64,000 nt of DNA from Clostridiales bacterium (GTDB taxonomy: Bacteria; Bacillota; Clostridia; TANB77; CAG-508), in NCBI GenBank assembly GCA_003534295.1, contig DPDV01000007.1, positions 4,127-68,126 on the forward strand. The letters run 5' to 3'. How positions within the stretch are numbered: position 1 is the stretch's first letter; each line of letters opens with the position of its first letter. A program made the translations under genes and the position numbers. Below are positions 9,359 through 19,207 of this stretch, one piece after another. The notes under the pieces are model-generated. The model did not search any database. It worked only from the letters and a program-made list of their open reading frames with translations, and was not told where the DNA came from.

Positions 9359-11755
9359 TCATTTGTTAAAATATTTACTGCTATTAAGTGCGTACTTTTT
9401 TAGTTTTTCATAGGCTAAGTAATTAATACTTCCTGCAGGAAAATTATCATTTTCATCCTTTTTTCCGGCAGGTACGCCAGTTAAGATTTCTATACCTTCA
9501 TCTATTGTAGATACAGCATATATATGAAATTTTCCATCTTTGACAGCTTGTACTATTTCGTCTGATAAATTCAAATTTTTTACATTTTGTTTAGGAATTA
9601 ATACTCCATGAGAACCAGTTAAACCACGCATTTTGCAAATTTGGAAAAAGCCTTCTATTTTGTCATTTACACCACCTACTGGCTGAATTTCGCCTTTTTG
9701 ATTTACAGAGCCAGTAACAGCTATAGATTGGTTAATAGGTATTTCAGAAAGACTTGATAAAATTGCATAAAGTTCTGTACTAGAAGCGCTGTCGCCATCA
9801 ACTCCATTATACAATTGTTCAAAACATATACTAGCATTTAATGACAATGGTATATTTTGGGCAAAGGTTTGACCTAAGTAACCATTTAAAATAAGTATAC
9901 CTTTTGAATGAGTTGCCCCAGAGAGTTCGACTTCTCTTTCAATATTTATGATTCCACCTTTTCCTATATATGTGTTGGCGGTTATTTTTACTGGTTTACC
10001 GAAAGAATAATCACCAATATTCATAATTGTGAGTCCATTTATTTGACCAACAGCATAAGAGTCTGTATTAATTAGCAAAGTACAATCTTTTATCATTTCT
10101 AAATATCTAGAGTCATATTTTTTTATTCTTTCAGCTCTTTCTTTTAATGCCATATCAACATATTTGCCGGTAACAATTTTGGATTTATCTAGTTTAGCCC
10201 ATGTAGCTGCTTCGCCAACTATTTCTGCCAAATCATTAAATTTAGTAGACAATTTGGTTTGGTCATCAGCAAGTTTAGATGCATATTCTACAATTTTTGC
10301 CACAGCAGATTTATCTAATGGAGATAATTCTTCTTGGTCACAAAAGCCTTTTACAAATCTTGCTAACTTGTTCATATTTTCCACTGTTTTAGGAGCATCG
10401 TCTTCAAATTCTACCTTTATTTTAAACAATTTTCTAAAATCCGAATCCATTGATAAAAGAGTTTGATAAATATTTTCATCTCCTATCAATAAAACTTTTA
10501 AATCTAATGGAATAGGCTCTGGCTTTAGTGAAATTATAACCATGGAAGAACGAGCATCTGCAGTATTTTCTATTCCAATCTCTTTTGTCCTTAATACTTT
10601 TTTTAATGCTTCATAACACAAACTATTTGATAAAATATCATTAGCTTGAAATATAATATATCCACCATTTGCCTTATGAAGTAGCCCAGGCTTTAGCATT
10701 GTGAAATCAGTTTTTAATGCACCAAAATAGTTTTCATATTCTAATTTGCCGAAGATATTGTGATAAGAATAGTTTGAGTCCATTATAACAGGAGCTCCTT
10801 CTAGTGTGCTATTATCAATAAAAAGATTAACTCTATAATTAAGCCAAGGTTTAATTATGTCTTGTTTTACTGGTTGAATGGTCTTTCCGCCTTCAGAGTT
10901 TTTATCTTCTGAAATGAAGTGTTCAATATTTTTTAAAATGTCTTTCTTAATATCATCTAAAAATTTATTTATTTTTTTATTTCTTTTGTATTTGGATTTT
11001 ATATAATTTATGTGAGTATTTACAGTCAATAGAGCAACATTAGACTGCCATTCTTGGATTTTCTTCTCGGAATCTCTTTCTATAGATTTTATTTCAACAA
11101 TTGCATCCATAATATGTTCTTGAACAATTGTAGACTTATTTTCATATTCCTGTTTGATTTGATCGTCCAATTTATCAAACTCATCTTCTGCAATAGCTTT
11201 TCCGTTCATAATAGGCATCATATATATACCATTTTGCGAAGATTTAACTTGAAATCCATACTCAGAAGATTTTTTATTTAATTTTTCCATTAAGACACTT
11301 CTTTTGTCCTCGAATTCTTGCTTTATTATTTTTTTCTCTTTTTCAAATTCTTCATTATTAAAGGTAGTTTTAATATCAACTTTAATATCAGTAATAAATC
11401 TGTTCATAGTGTCTTGAAAGTCTTTTCCATTTCCAGCAGGCAAAGAAACAGCAATAGGCTCATTTGGATTGTCAAAGTTATAAATGTAGCACCAGTCACA
11501 AGGAGTTTTCTTTTTTTTGCAAATTGTTTCTAAATAATTTTTAGAATACATTGTTTTTCCAACGCCACTAGGACCCTCTAAATATAGGTTATATCCTTTA
11601 ACATCAACATTCAAACCAAATTCTAATGCTCTTATGCCACGATCCTGACCTATTCCGGTATGAATAGGTTCAACATCATCAGTTGTTTCAAATTTGAAAA
11701 TGCTAGGATCACAAACTGATTTTAAATTTTTATAACTTAATTCATTTTTTTTCAT
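9359..11755 (-). CDS. Lon-like ATP-dependent protease (AAA+ ATPase N-terminal region plus C-terminal S16 protease domain, LonB-like DGDSAS active site)
   Basis: Walker A GPSGVGKT. C-terminal motif GVDGDSASSTELYAILSSLS with catalytic Ser. 798 aa. Confidence 0.75.
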   Translation of the reverse strand: MKKNELSYKNLKSVCDPSIFKFETTDDVEPIHTGIGQDRGIRALEFGLNVDVKGYNLYLEGPSGVGKTMYSKNYLETICKKKKTPCDWCYIYNFDNPNEPIAVSLPAGNGKDFQDTMNRFITDIKVDIKTTFNNEEFEKEKKIIKQEFEDKRSVLMEKLNKKSSEYGFQVKSSQNGIYMMPIMNGKAIAEDEFDKLDDQIKQEYENKSTIVQEHIMDAIVEIKSIERDSEKKIQEWQSNVALLTVNTHINYIKSKYKRNKKINKFLDDIKKDILKNIEHFISEDKNSEGGKTIQPVKQDIIKPWLNYRVNLFIDNSTLEGAPVIMDSNYSYHNIFGKLEYENYFGALKTDFTMLKPGLLHKANGGYIIFQANDILSNSLCYEALKKVLRTKEIGIENTADARSSMVIISLKPEPIPLDLKVLLIGDENIYQTLLSMDSDFRKLFKIKVEFEDDAPKTVENMNKLARFVKGFCDQEELSPLDKSAVAKIVEYASKLADDQTKLSTKFNDLAEIVGEAATWAKLDKSKIVTGKYVDMALKERAERIKKYDSRYLEMIKDCTLLINTDSYAVGQINGLTIMNIGDYSFGKPVKITANTYIGKGGIINIEREVELSGATHSKGILILNGYLGQTFAQNIPLSLNASICFEQLYNGVDGDSASSTELYAILSSLSEIPINQSIAVTGSVNQKGEIQPVGGVNDKIEGFFQICKMRGLTGSHGVLIPKQNVKNLNLSDEIVQAVKDGKFHIYAVSTIDEGIEILTGVPAGKKDENDNFPAGSINYLAYEKLKKYALNSSKYFNK

Positions 11756-11762
11756 TAGTTTT

Positions 11763-12218
11763 TCACTCCTTCTTTAAATATAATGACATTAAGATGGCAT
11801 TATCTGTGTTATTATAATATTTCTTTCTTAAGCCAACTTGTTTAAAATTATATTTTTTATATAATGCTATTGCAGAAGTATTATTTTCATTTACTTCTAA
11901 GGTAATAGAACCGTCTTTTTGAGAAATTGCAAAATTTATTAAAAACTCTAGTAGAGCAGAACCAATACCACATCTACGTAAATCTTTTCTTACAGCAATA
12001 TTCATAATATTTAATTCATCGATAATTCTTAAGGCACCAATAAATCCTAAAATATCACAATTGTTTGTTGCAATAAAATATATGGTATTAATATCAGATT
12101 TAGAGAGTTCAGAACGTAGAGTATTAATATTCCAAAAATCATCAAAATTTTCTAAGCCTATAGAATTAATTTTTTCTAAATCATCTAAAGACATTTTTCT
12201 TACAAAAATGTTAGACAT
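11763..12218 (-). CDS. rimI: ribosomal-protein-alanine N-acetyltransferase RimI (GNAT)
   Basis: GNAT motif RRCGIGSALL. Conserved position after tsaB. Start chosen at MSNIF, overlapping the tsaB stop. An alternative start lies 24 nt downstream. Confidence 0.65.
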   Translation of the reverse strand: MSNIFVRKMSLDDLEKINSIGLENFDDFWNINTLRSELSKSDINTIYFIATNNCDILGFIGALRIIDELNIMNIAVRKDLRRCGIGSALLEFLINFAISQKDGSITLEVNENNTSAIALYKKYNFKQVGLRKKYYNNTDNAILMSLYLKKE

Positions 12219-12930
12219 TTTCAGGATTTTTAATAGACCTTTCTGCTTGACATGCTCGAAGATATGTAGGAACAAGTGAGTTAGAATCCCCAAATTCACC
12301 ATGGTTATATTTATTATAGGCAGCTTTGGCAATACTTATACTATTTGCCAAGTTTTTAGCATCTTCTGCAAAAGTAATATTATTGAATTTATTAGATAAT
12401 TTAGAAACAATTAAATTTTTATATAAATAAGCCCCATCACCGATGAAACTTATAGAACTGTAATTTGTTTGCAAAGTGTCTATATATGTAATTACATTTT
12501 CTATATTATCAGAAGATAATATAAAAGTATTTTTTAATTCGTTATTTTCAAACTCAAATAATCCGTAATAAACATTATTATTTTTTGCATCTATTAATGA
12601 ACAAATAAGACCACTAGAGCCTAAATTATAGGCTAATCCCTCTAACGAAGTAACTCCAACAACAGGAATTTTTTTTACATCAGAGAAGGCTTTTGCTGTG
12701 GCAATTCCAATTCTTATACCTGTAAAAGAGCCTGGGCCTTTCGCACAAGCAATTAAATTTATATCATTTAGAGTAAGATTAACTGATTCAAAAGCTTTTT
12801 GAATCATAGGCATCAACTTTTGAGAATGTGTTCTTTCGTCATCATTATTTAATTCAATTAGAACATTATTATCTTCATAAATACAAACAGTGCATATTTT
12901 AGAAGAAGTATCAATACTTAATATTTTCAA
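12211..12930 (-). CDS. tsaB: tRNA threonylcarbamoyladenosine biosynthesis protein TsaB
   Basis: MKILSIDTSS N-terminus and YeaZ-family fold. Conserved tsaE-tsaB-rimI order. Confidence 0.8.
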   Translation of the reverse strand: MKILSIDTSSKICTVCIYEDNNVLIELNNDDERTHSQKLMPMIQKAFESVNLTLNDINLIACAKGPGSFTGIRIGIATAKAFSDVKKIPVVGVTSLEGLAYNLGSSGLICSLIDAKNNNVYYGLFEFENNELKNTFILSSDNIENVITYIDTLQTNYSSISFIGDGAYLYKNLIVSKLSNKFNNITFAEDAKNLANSISIAKAAYNKYNHGEFGDSNSLVPTYLRACQAERSIKNPENV

Positions 12931-12944
12931 ATTTGTAACCTTCT

Positions 12945-13385
12945 TTATAATTTTATATTTTCAGCATTTTCTATTATTATTTTTCTTTGATTCTCATTTT
13001 CAAAATCTTTGTTAATTGTAATTTTTATATGATTAGTAGGCAATATGCTTTCTATCAATTCACCCCACTCAATAATACAAATTCCCTTGGAAAAGTATTC
13101 TTCTCCACCTATAGCATAGAATTCGTCAACATCTGCTAGTCTATAGACGTCAAAATGATATATAGGTATGGTGCTATTAGTATATTCGTTAACAATTGTA
13201 AATGTGGGACTTGAGATTTCATTTTCTAAGTTGAAGTATTTTAGTATTCCTTGAGTAAATTTCGTTTTCCCAGCGCCCAAGTCACCAGATAGGACAATAA
13301 TATCTCCAATCTTTAAATTAGCTGATAGTCTTGTAGCAAAATTTATAGTATCTTGTTCATTTTTAGAAATATATTCTTTCTGCAT
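12945..13385 (-). CDS. tsaE: tRNA threonylcarbamoyladenosine biosynthesis ATPase TsaE
   Basis: LSGDLGAGKTKFTQGILK P-loop, 146 aa. Confidence 0.8.
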   Translation of the reverse strand: MQKEYISKNEQDTINFATRLSANLKIGDIIVLSGDLGAGKTKFTQGILKYFNLENEISSPTFTIVNEYTNSTIPIYHFDVYRLADVDEFYAIGGEEYFSKGICIIEWGELIESILPTNHIKITINKDFENENQRKIIIENAENIKL

Positions 13386-13467
13386 AAAACCACCTTATTT
13401 AAGTACAAAATTCTATTCATATTTTATATTAAAACAGAGGTTTTGTAAAGCAAAAAAACAAATTTAT

Positions 13468-14187
13468 TTATAAAAACTGTGATATATGTAATAAATATAA
13501 AACTAATAAATGAATAGGGTAAAAGAAATATAATAAGTATTTTATTTTATGTCCTTGCTGTTTATTATATAAACAGATAAAAATAATGGGTGATATAGTA
13601 CAGCAACATAATATTAAATACATATAATTAGAATTTGCTAAATATAAAATACCGTATTTAATTATACAAACAACGATGTAAGTACCAATCATTGCTATTT
13701 TGTTATTTTTAAATAAATAAAATAAAAATATGACAGCAATCCCAAATAATCCGTAATCTGATTTTAAAAATTCAGCAATAAAACCGATAAATAATACTAT
13801 TGATATACCTAAAACAAATTTTAAAAAATTATTTAGTTTAACATTTGAAGTAATATAAAAGCTGTTAATAATTTTATCATAAATGTAAATTGAAAATAAA
13901 CCTAGAAATAATGTAAAAAAAACATTCAACTTGTAAATGTTATTACTAAATATAGACAAGAAAAGCATAAAAGGAATTTGCGAAAACATAGCAAATAAAA
14001 GCAAACGAGCAAAATATTTTTTTACATTTTTGGTATAATGAAATCCCTCAGAAATTTGAAAGGCAAAAATAGGGAAGGCAACCCTACCGATATAATTAAA
14101 AAAACTAAATTTATTGAATATAGCATAGCCTAGATGATCTATAAACATCGTAATTAAAGCTATAATTTTTAAAGTAAAACTAGTCAT
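13468..14187 (-). CDS. TraX-family membrane protein
   Basis: MTSFTLKIIALITMFIDHLGYAIF N-terminal TraX signature. Polytopic membrane protein. The RBS AAGGAGG precedes the MTS start. Confidence 0.55.
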   Translation of the reverse strand: MTSFTLKIIALITMFIDHLGYAIFNKFSFFNYIGRVAFPIFAFQISEGFHYTKNVKKYFARLLLFAMFSQIPFMLFLSIFSNNIYKLNVFFTLFLGLFSIYIYDKIINSFYITSNVKLNNFLKFVLGISIVLFIGFIAEFLKSDYGLFGIAVIFLFYLFKNNKIAMIGTYIVVCIIKYGILYLANSNYMYLILCCCTISPIIFICLYNKQQGHKIKYLLYFFYPIHLLVLYLLHISQFL

Positions 14188-14311
14188 ACTTAATAAAAAC
14201 CTCCTTATATGATACAATTATCCAATACTTGAAAAAAAAATTCAATATTTTTTAAAAAAATATTGACAAAAGTAAAAAGACCATTTATAATTATACTTGT
14301 TCACACGAAAT

Positions 14312-14385
<74 letters not shown>

Positions 14386-14423
14386 ATAATGTCTATGTTT
14401 GAGCATAGAACATGTAATAAAAA

Positions 14424-14495
14424 AATCAATCAGTAAAATGGTTGATTTTTTTTGCAAAATGTTGGAGTGATTTTAATCACCCGTCCTTCGAAGCG
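14424..14495 (+). promoter_or_regulatory. divergent copy (A) of the repeated promoter-plus-hairpin leader motif
   Basis: CAGTAAAATGG...GTTGGAGTGATTTTAATCACCCGTCCTTCGAAG aligns to copies B, C and D. It carries compensatory stem changes (GTGAT/ATCAC versus GGCGAT/ATCGCC). Confidence 0.35.
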
Positions 14496-14557
14496 TGGGC
14501 GAGCAAGTTCGCCCCTACACATTGTTTGTATCAAATTAATACCTACAACTTATAATC

Positions 14558-14646
14558 TATGGAGCAAATCGCATACAAGTTACGAACTAAATTCTCTTTC
14601 TAAAAACATTATATACAAAATTTTCATGAATTTCAATGAAAGTATA
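14558..14646 (+). repeat. family-2 terminal module copy 1 (left end of unit E1)
   Basis: TATGGAGCAAATCGCATACAAGTTACGAACTAAATTCTCTTTCTAAAAACATTATATAC...CAATGAAAGTATA, near-identical to the copy at 32752 and related to the copy at 25558. Confidence 0.6.
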
Positions 14647-14719
14647 TAAAGCTATCAAATTAGATGATATAATTTGCTTAAAATTACAAATAACTTATTT
14701 TAAGAGGATGTGGTTATAT

Positions 14720-15339
14720 ATGTTAGATATTAATTTTAATCAAATCATTGAAATGATTGAAAAGCGAAAAAATAATGCTTACAGAAAAGTAAATGAAGAA
14801 ATGATTTTATTGTATTTAGAAGTTGGTAAATTCTTATATGAACTAAGAGAAAATAGTAATTATGGTGATAAAATAACAACAAAAGGCTCAGATTTTATGA
14901 AAAATAATTATCCTAACATAAAGGGATTTACTAAAAGAAATATAGAACGTATGATTCAATTTTATAGTACTTATAAAGATGATGAGATTGCGACACCAAT
15001 GGTGACGCAATTGTTCTGGACAAATAATTTGTTGATTTTGAGTGGAGCTAAAAGCAAAGAGAAAAGGCATTTTTATTTAAAATTATCTATTAAAAATAAT
15101 TATTCAAAATGAATTTATATTTAGAAGCCCTAGATAGAGATGTGAAAAAAGAACAAGAGAATCCAAGTGTTGGAGTTATATTATGTAGTTCTAAAGATGA
15201 AGATGTTGTTGAATATTCAATTAGTAAAAATATGTCTCAAACTATGATTTCTGAATATAAGTTAAAATTAATAGATAAAAAAATATTAGAAACAAAACTT
15301 AAAGAAATGAAAAATTTGATAGATAATAATGATAAATAG
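14720..15339 (+). pseudogene. YhcG/DUF1016-family (PD-(D/E)XK nuclease) gene with internal deletion and frameshift
   Basis: ORF1 (to 15112) matches the YhcG N-terminal region (INFNQIIEMIEKRKNNAYRKVNEEMILLYLEVGKFL...RNIERMIQFY...QLFWTNNLLIL). ORF2 (15109-15339) matches the YhcG C-terminal tail (PSVGVILCSSKDEDVVEYSI...). The central nuclease core is missing. Confidence 0.55.
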
Positions 15340-15372
15340 TAAGTTGTCGAACAGATTGGAGAAAATTTTATT

Positions 15373-16023
15373 ATGAGTTTTAAAATAATAGACTTAGAAA
15401 AATATGATAGAAAAGAACATTTTATACATTATTTAAATAATGTACCATGTTCATATAGTATGACAGTTAATATTGATATTACAGACTTATTAAAATTAAC
15501 AAAAGAAAGAAATTATAAATTATATCCAGTAATATTATATGCAATAACAAAAGTAGTTAATAATCATATTGAATTTAGAATGAGTTTAGATGAAAACGAC
15601 AATTTAGGATATTACATTAATGTAAATCCGTCTTATACAATATTTCATAAAGATAATAACACTTTTTCAAATATATGGACCAAATACGATAGTAGTTTTG
15701 AAAAATTTTATAATAATTATGAAAAAGATATTCAAGAGTATGGAAACGAGAAAGGTTTTATAACCAAGAAATGTGAAGAAAATAATTTAATAAACATTTC
15801 GTCTATACCATGGGTAACATTTACTGAATTTAATTTGAATCTACCAAGAGGAGAAAAATATTTATTGCCAATATTTACAGTAGGTAAATTTTATGAACAA
15901 AGTAATAAAATATTATTACCATTAGCAGTACAAGTGCATCATGCAGTATGTGATGGATTTCATACGAGTAGATTTATAAATGATCTACAAGAATTCGTTA
16001 ATAATTTTGAAAATATAGTATAA
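15373..16023 (+). CDS. cat: type A chloramphenicol O-acetyltransferase
   Basis: 216 aa with the CAT active-site signature VQVHHAVCDGFH and overall CAT layout. Confidence 0.8.
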   Translation: MSFKIIDLEKYDRKEHFIHYLNNVPCSYSMTVNIDITDLLKLTKERNYKLYPVILYAITKVVNNHIEFRMSLDENDNLGYYINVNPSYTIFHKDNNTFSNIWTKYDSSFEKFYNNYEKDIQEYGNEKGFITKKCEENNLINISSIPWVTFTEFNLNLPRGEKYLLPIFTVGKFYEQSNKILLPLAVQVHHAVCDGFHTSRFINDLQEFVNNFENIV

Positions 16024-16055
16024 GGTAAATTTATATGTTGAAAGGAGATAAACTT

Positions 16056-16244
16056 ATGGATAGAAGATTAAAAATAGTAATAGAGAATTGTCCTCAAAAT
16101 CATAAATGCCCAGCTGTAAATGTTTGTCCAGTTGGAGCATTATCTCAAAAAGATTTTGAAGCACCTAAAATAGATCATAATAAGTGTATAAGATGTGGTA
16201 AATGTTCAAACTTCTGCCCTAAAAAAGCATTAGTATTAGAATAG
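16056..16244 (+). CDS. small 4Fe-4S ferredoxin-like protein
   Basis: Two Cys clusters (CPQNHKCPAVNVCP and CIRCGKCSNFCP). RBS AAAGGAG. Confidence 0.5.
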   Translation: MDRRLKIVIENCPQNHKCPAVNVCPVGALSQKDFEAPKIDHNKCIRCGKCSNFCPKKALVLE

Positions 16245-16271
16245 AAATATATGCTATAGGAGTGAAAATAG

Positions 16272-16904
16272 ATGAACATTTTAAAACCACAAAATCTTCA
16301 TATTCAAGAATTAGAAAATAAGTATTTAGTTCACATTAAAGAAGATGAAAAAATTAATTATTGCAATTTTGAAAATGAAGAATGTAATAATATAAAATTA
16401 TATGAAATTGAATTTGAGCATTGTAAATTTAATAATATTTGTATGCAAAATGGAACATTAGAAAAAATAACATTTAGAGATGTAGTATTTGAACAATGCA
16501 ATTTTTCTAATACAGAATTTTTAGAAACATCTTTTATTAAGTGCGAATTTAATAATTGTAAAGTGTCTGGGTGCAATTTTGCAGAAGATAGATTATATAA
16601 TGTAGCATTTATAAAAACAAATGCAAGCTATATGAACTTATCAATGGCTAGTATAGAAAATATCTTATTTAAAAATACAGGTTTAAAAAGTAGTTACTTT
16701 CAAGAAACTAAAATAAAGAATCTTTATTTTGAGAATAGCGATTTAACTGGAGCAAGATTTTTTAAAACAAGTCTAAAAGGAATTGATTTATCAAGTAGTA
16801 AAATAGAAGGTATTGCAATTTCAATAGAAGATATTAAAGGTGCAATAATAGACCAATTTCAAGCAACAGATTTACTATATTTAATTGGTGTAAAAATCAA
16901 ATAA
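16272..16904 (+). CDS. pentapeptide-repeat protein, Qnr-like (about 210 aa)
   Basis: Continuous A(D/N)LXX-type pentapeptide repeats (CNFSNTEFLETSFIKCEFNNCKVSGCNFAED...). Size matches the Qnr/MfpA class. Confidence 0.55.
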   Translation: MNILKPQNLHIQELENKYLVHIKEDEKINYCNFENEECNNIKLYEIEFEHCKFNNICMQNGTLEKITFRDVVFEQCNFSNTEFLETSFIKCEFNNCKVSGCNFAEDRLYNVAFIKTNASYMNLSMASIENILFKNTGLKSSYFQETKIKNLYFENSDLTGARFFKTSLKGIDLSSSKIEGIAISIEDIKGAIIDQFQATDLLYLIGVKIK

Positions 16905-16981
16905 GCATTACAGAAAAGGACACTCATTATAGCTAAATTTCATATATTATAGTATATAATATATGAAAGGAATGTTAGAAA

Positions 16982-17473
16982 ATGTATAACTCAAATGATA
17001 TGTATGGAAATAACTATGGTAATTATTATAATCCTTATAATTATATGAATTACTATAATATGAATCCAAATTATATAAGAGATTATGGACCAGAACCATT
17101 TGTTATGAATATAAATGAAGTAACAAAGCAAAACAATAATTTTCGTACAGCTTTATGGACAGGAAATCATTTACAAGTTACCTTAATGAGTATAAATGTA
17201 GGAGAAAGCATAGGGTTAGAAATGCACCCAGATGTAGACCAGTTTATACGAATTGAACAAGGATATGGACTAGTTCAAATGGGTAATAATAAAAATAATC
17301 TAAATTTTGAAAGAAAAGTATATGATGATTTTGCTATTATAATTCCAGCAGGAAAATGGCATAATCTTACCAATATAGGAAATGTACCAATTAAATTATA
17401 CTCAATATATGCACCACCAAATCATCCAAAAGGAACGATTCATAGAACGAAAGCTGATGCAGAACATGAATAA
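16982..17473 (+). CDS. cupin-domain protein with Tyr/Asn-rich N-terminal low-complexity region
   Basis: C-terminal cupin_2-like beta-barrel motifs (GESIGLEMHPDVDQF...IIPAGKWHNLTNIGN). N-terminus is MYNSNDMYGNNYGNYYNPYNY. Confidence 0.5.
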   Translation: MYNSNDMYGNNYGNYYNPYNYMNYYNMNPNYIRDYGPEPFVMNINEVTKQNNNFRTALWTGNHLQVTLMSINVGESIGLEMHPDVDQFIRIEQGYGLVQMGNNKNNLNFERKVYDDFAIIIPAGKWHNLTNIGNVPIKLYSIYAPPNHPKGTIHRTKADAEHE

Positions 17474-17477
17474 AAAA

Positions 17478-17520
17478 TGATAGATTAATCTACTAATTAG
17501 ATTAGTCTATCATTTTTTTA
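17478..17520 (+). terminator. rho-independent terminator
   Basis: TGATAGATTAATCTA / TAGATTAGTCTATCA stem of about 15 bp with one mismatch, then a T-run. Confidence 0.55.
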
Positions 17521-17570
17521 GTAACATATTAAAACTTTTAAGCATATATACATACAAGGAGGATTTATAT

Positions 17571-18098
17571 ATGACTAAAAAAAGTTCTATACTTAAATTT
17601 GAAATAATAAGTGCTATTTTTATGCTGGTAGTAGGAACACTTTTACATTTTACTTTTGGATGGTCTAATAACAATCCATTGATAGGTACATTTAGTGCTG
17701 TAAATGAAAGCACATGGGAACATTTAAAATTATTATTTTTTCCAATGCTGATAAGTACAATTATAGGATATTTTTATAAATGGAAAGTTATACCTAATTA
17801 TTTATGTGCTAAAGTGCTAGGAATTATATTATCTATGTCTTTTATAGTAGTATTTTTTTATACATATACTGGAATAATAGGAACAAACTTTGCTATAGTA
17901 GATATTGCTAGCTTTTTTATAGCAGTAGCATTAGGTCAATATATAGCATATCGAAAAATGGAATCAACATTTTCTTGCAATAAGTTAGTATCTATTATAA
18001 TTTTATTAGTATTATGTTTGTGTTTTTTTGCTTTTACATTTTTCCCACCTCATATTGCATTGTTTAAAGATCCAATAACAGGTATGTTTGGAATTTAA
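17571..18098 (+). CDS. hypothetical polytopic membrane protein
   Basis: 175 aa with several hydrophobic segments. Confidence 0.45.
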   Translation: MTKKSSILKFEIISAIFMLVVGTLLHFTFGWSNNNPLIGTFSAVNESTWEHLKLLFFPMLISTIIGYFYKWKVIPNYLCAKVLGIILSMSFIVVFFYTYTGIIGTNFAIVDIASFFIAVALGQYIAYRKMESTFSCNKLVSIIILLVLCLCFFAFTFFPPHIALFKDPITGMFGI

Positions 18099-18135
18099 AA
18101 GTATAAAATATTAATCTTATAGTAAAGGCAGAAAA

Positions 18136-18165
18136 TTGAAATTTATCTGTCTTTTATGTTATAAT
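18136..18165 (+). promoter_or_regulatory. sigma-A-type promoter (TTGAAA, 18-nt spacer, TG-extended TATAAT) ahead of the leader peptide and ABC transporter
   Basis: TTGAAA at 18136-18141, TGTTATAAT at 18157-18165. A ~100-nt leader follows. Confidence 0.5.
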
Positions 18166-18204
18166 CATCTCGACAACTTACAATCTGTAGGGGAGGTAAT
18201 TAAG

Positions 18205-18258
18205 TTGAAATTATCTCTCTTTTATTATATAATTATAACAAATTATAGTAAGTTGTAA
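18205..18258 (+). CDS. putative 17-aa leader peptide (TTG start) upstream of the ABC exporter
   Basis: Strong GGGGAGG RBS 7 nt before TTG. Peptide is LKLSLFYYIIITNYSKL. Leader segments CAACTTAC and GTAAGTTG can pair. Confidence 0.3.
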   Translation: MKLSLFYYIIITNYSKL

Positions 18259-18268
18259 GGAGAAAATA

Positions 18269-19207
18269 ATGGATAATATTATTGAAGTAAAAAATTTAGT
18301 AAAACAATATAAAGAATTAAAAGCTATAGATAACCTATCTTTTGAAGTACACGAAGGAGAAATATTAGGATTACTTGGACCAAATGGAAGTGGTAAATCT
18401 ACAACAATAAACTGCATATTATCTTTACTTGAATTTAGTAAAGGAACTATAAAAATATTTGGTAAAGATATGAAGCCAGATGCCTATGATATAAAGTCAA
18501 AAATAGGTGTTGTGTTTCAAGAAGTGTCTGTATTTGATGAATTGACTGTGTATGAAAATATAGATTATTTCTGTGGATTATATATAAAAGATAAAAAAAC
18601 TAGAAAACAATACATTGAAGATGCAATAAGATTGGTAGGATTAGAAGATTTCAAAAAATTCTATCCTAAAAAATTATCTGGAGGATTATTGCGAAGATTA
18701 AACATTGCTTGTGGTATTGCACATAAACCAAAACTTATATTCCTAGATGAGCCTACAGTTGCTGTTGATCCACAAAGTAGGAATAACATATTAGATGGAA
18801 TCAAGAAGTTAAGAGAAAATGGAGCTACTATCGTTTATACAACACACTATATGGAAGAGGTTGAAATACTTTGCGATAGAGTAATTATTCTTGATAAAGG
18901 GAAAATACTTGCTACAGGAACAACAGATGAATTGAAGAAAAAAGCTAAAATAGAAGAGAAGGTTACAGTTGAAGTAAATGATTTAGTACCTGGATATATT
19001 GAAAAAATAAAAGAATTAAAAAATGTTGATGGTGTAACATATACTAACAATGTTTTATTTGTTACATATAAAAAAGGAAAAAATAATCTAGTAGATATGA
19101 TAGATTATTTAAAAAAAGAGAGTATAAATTATAACAAAATCTATTCAGAAAGACCTACACTTAATGATGTATTCCTAGAATTAACAGGAAAGGAGCTTCG
19201 TGATTAG
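18269..19207 (+). CDS. ABC transporter ATP-binding protein
   Basis: Walker A GPNGSGKST, signature LSGGLLRRL, Walker B ILDE. Confidence 0.85.
   Translation: MDNIIEVKNLVKQYKELKAIDNLSFEVHEGEILGLLGPNGSGKSTTINCILSLLEFSKGTIKIFGKDMKPDAYDIKSKIGVVFQEVSVFDELTVYENIDYFCGLYIKDKKTRKQYIEDAIRLVGLEDFKKFYPKKLSGGLLRRLNIACGIAHKPKLIFLDEPTVAVDPQSRNNILDGIKKLRENGATIVYTTHYMEEVEILCDRVIILDKGKILATGTTDELKKKAKIEEKVTVEVNDLVPGYIEKIKELKNVDGVTYTNNVLFVTYKKGKNNLVDMIDYLKKESINYNKIYSERPTLNDVFLELTGKELRD

Noticed and set aside
9359-11755. Lon-like protease considered as BrxL of a BREX defence system
   Set aside because: No pglZ, brxC, methyltransferase or other BREX components are nearby. The flanking genes are housekeeping (rplS, rimI-tsaB-tsaE).
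14452-14649. 65-aa plus-strand ORF spanning the leader motif and the family-2 repeat
   Set aside because: It overlaps two non-coding repeat elements and has no RBS.
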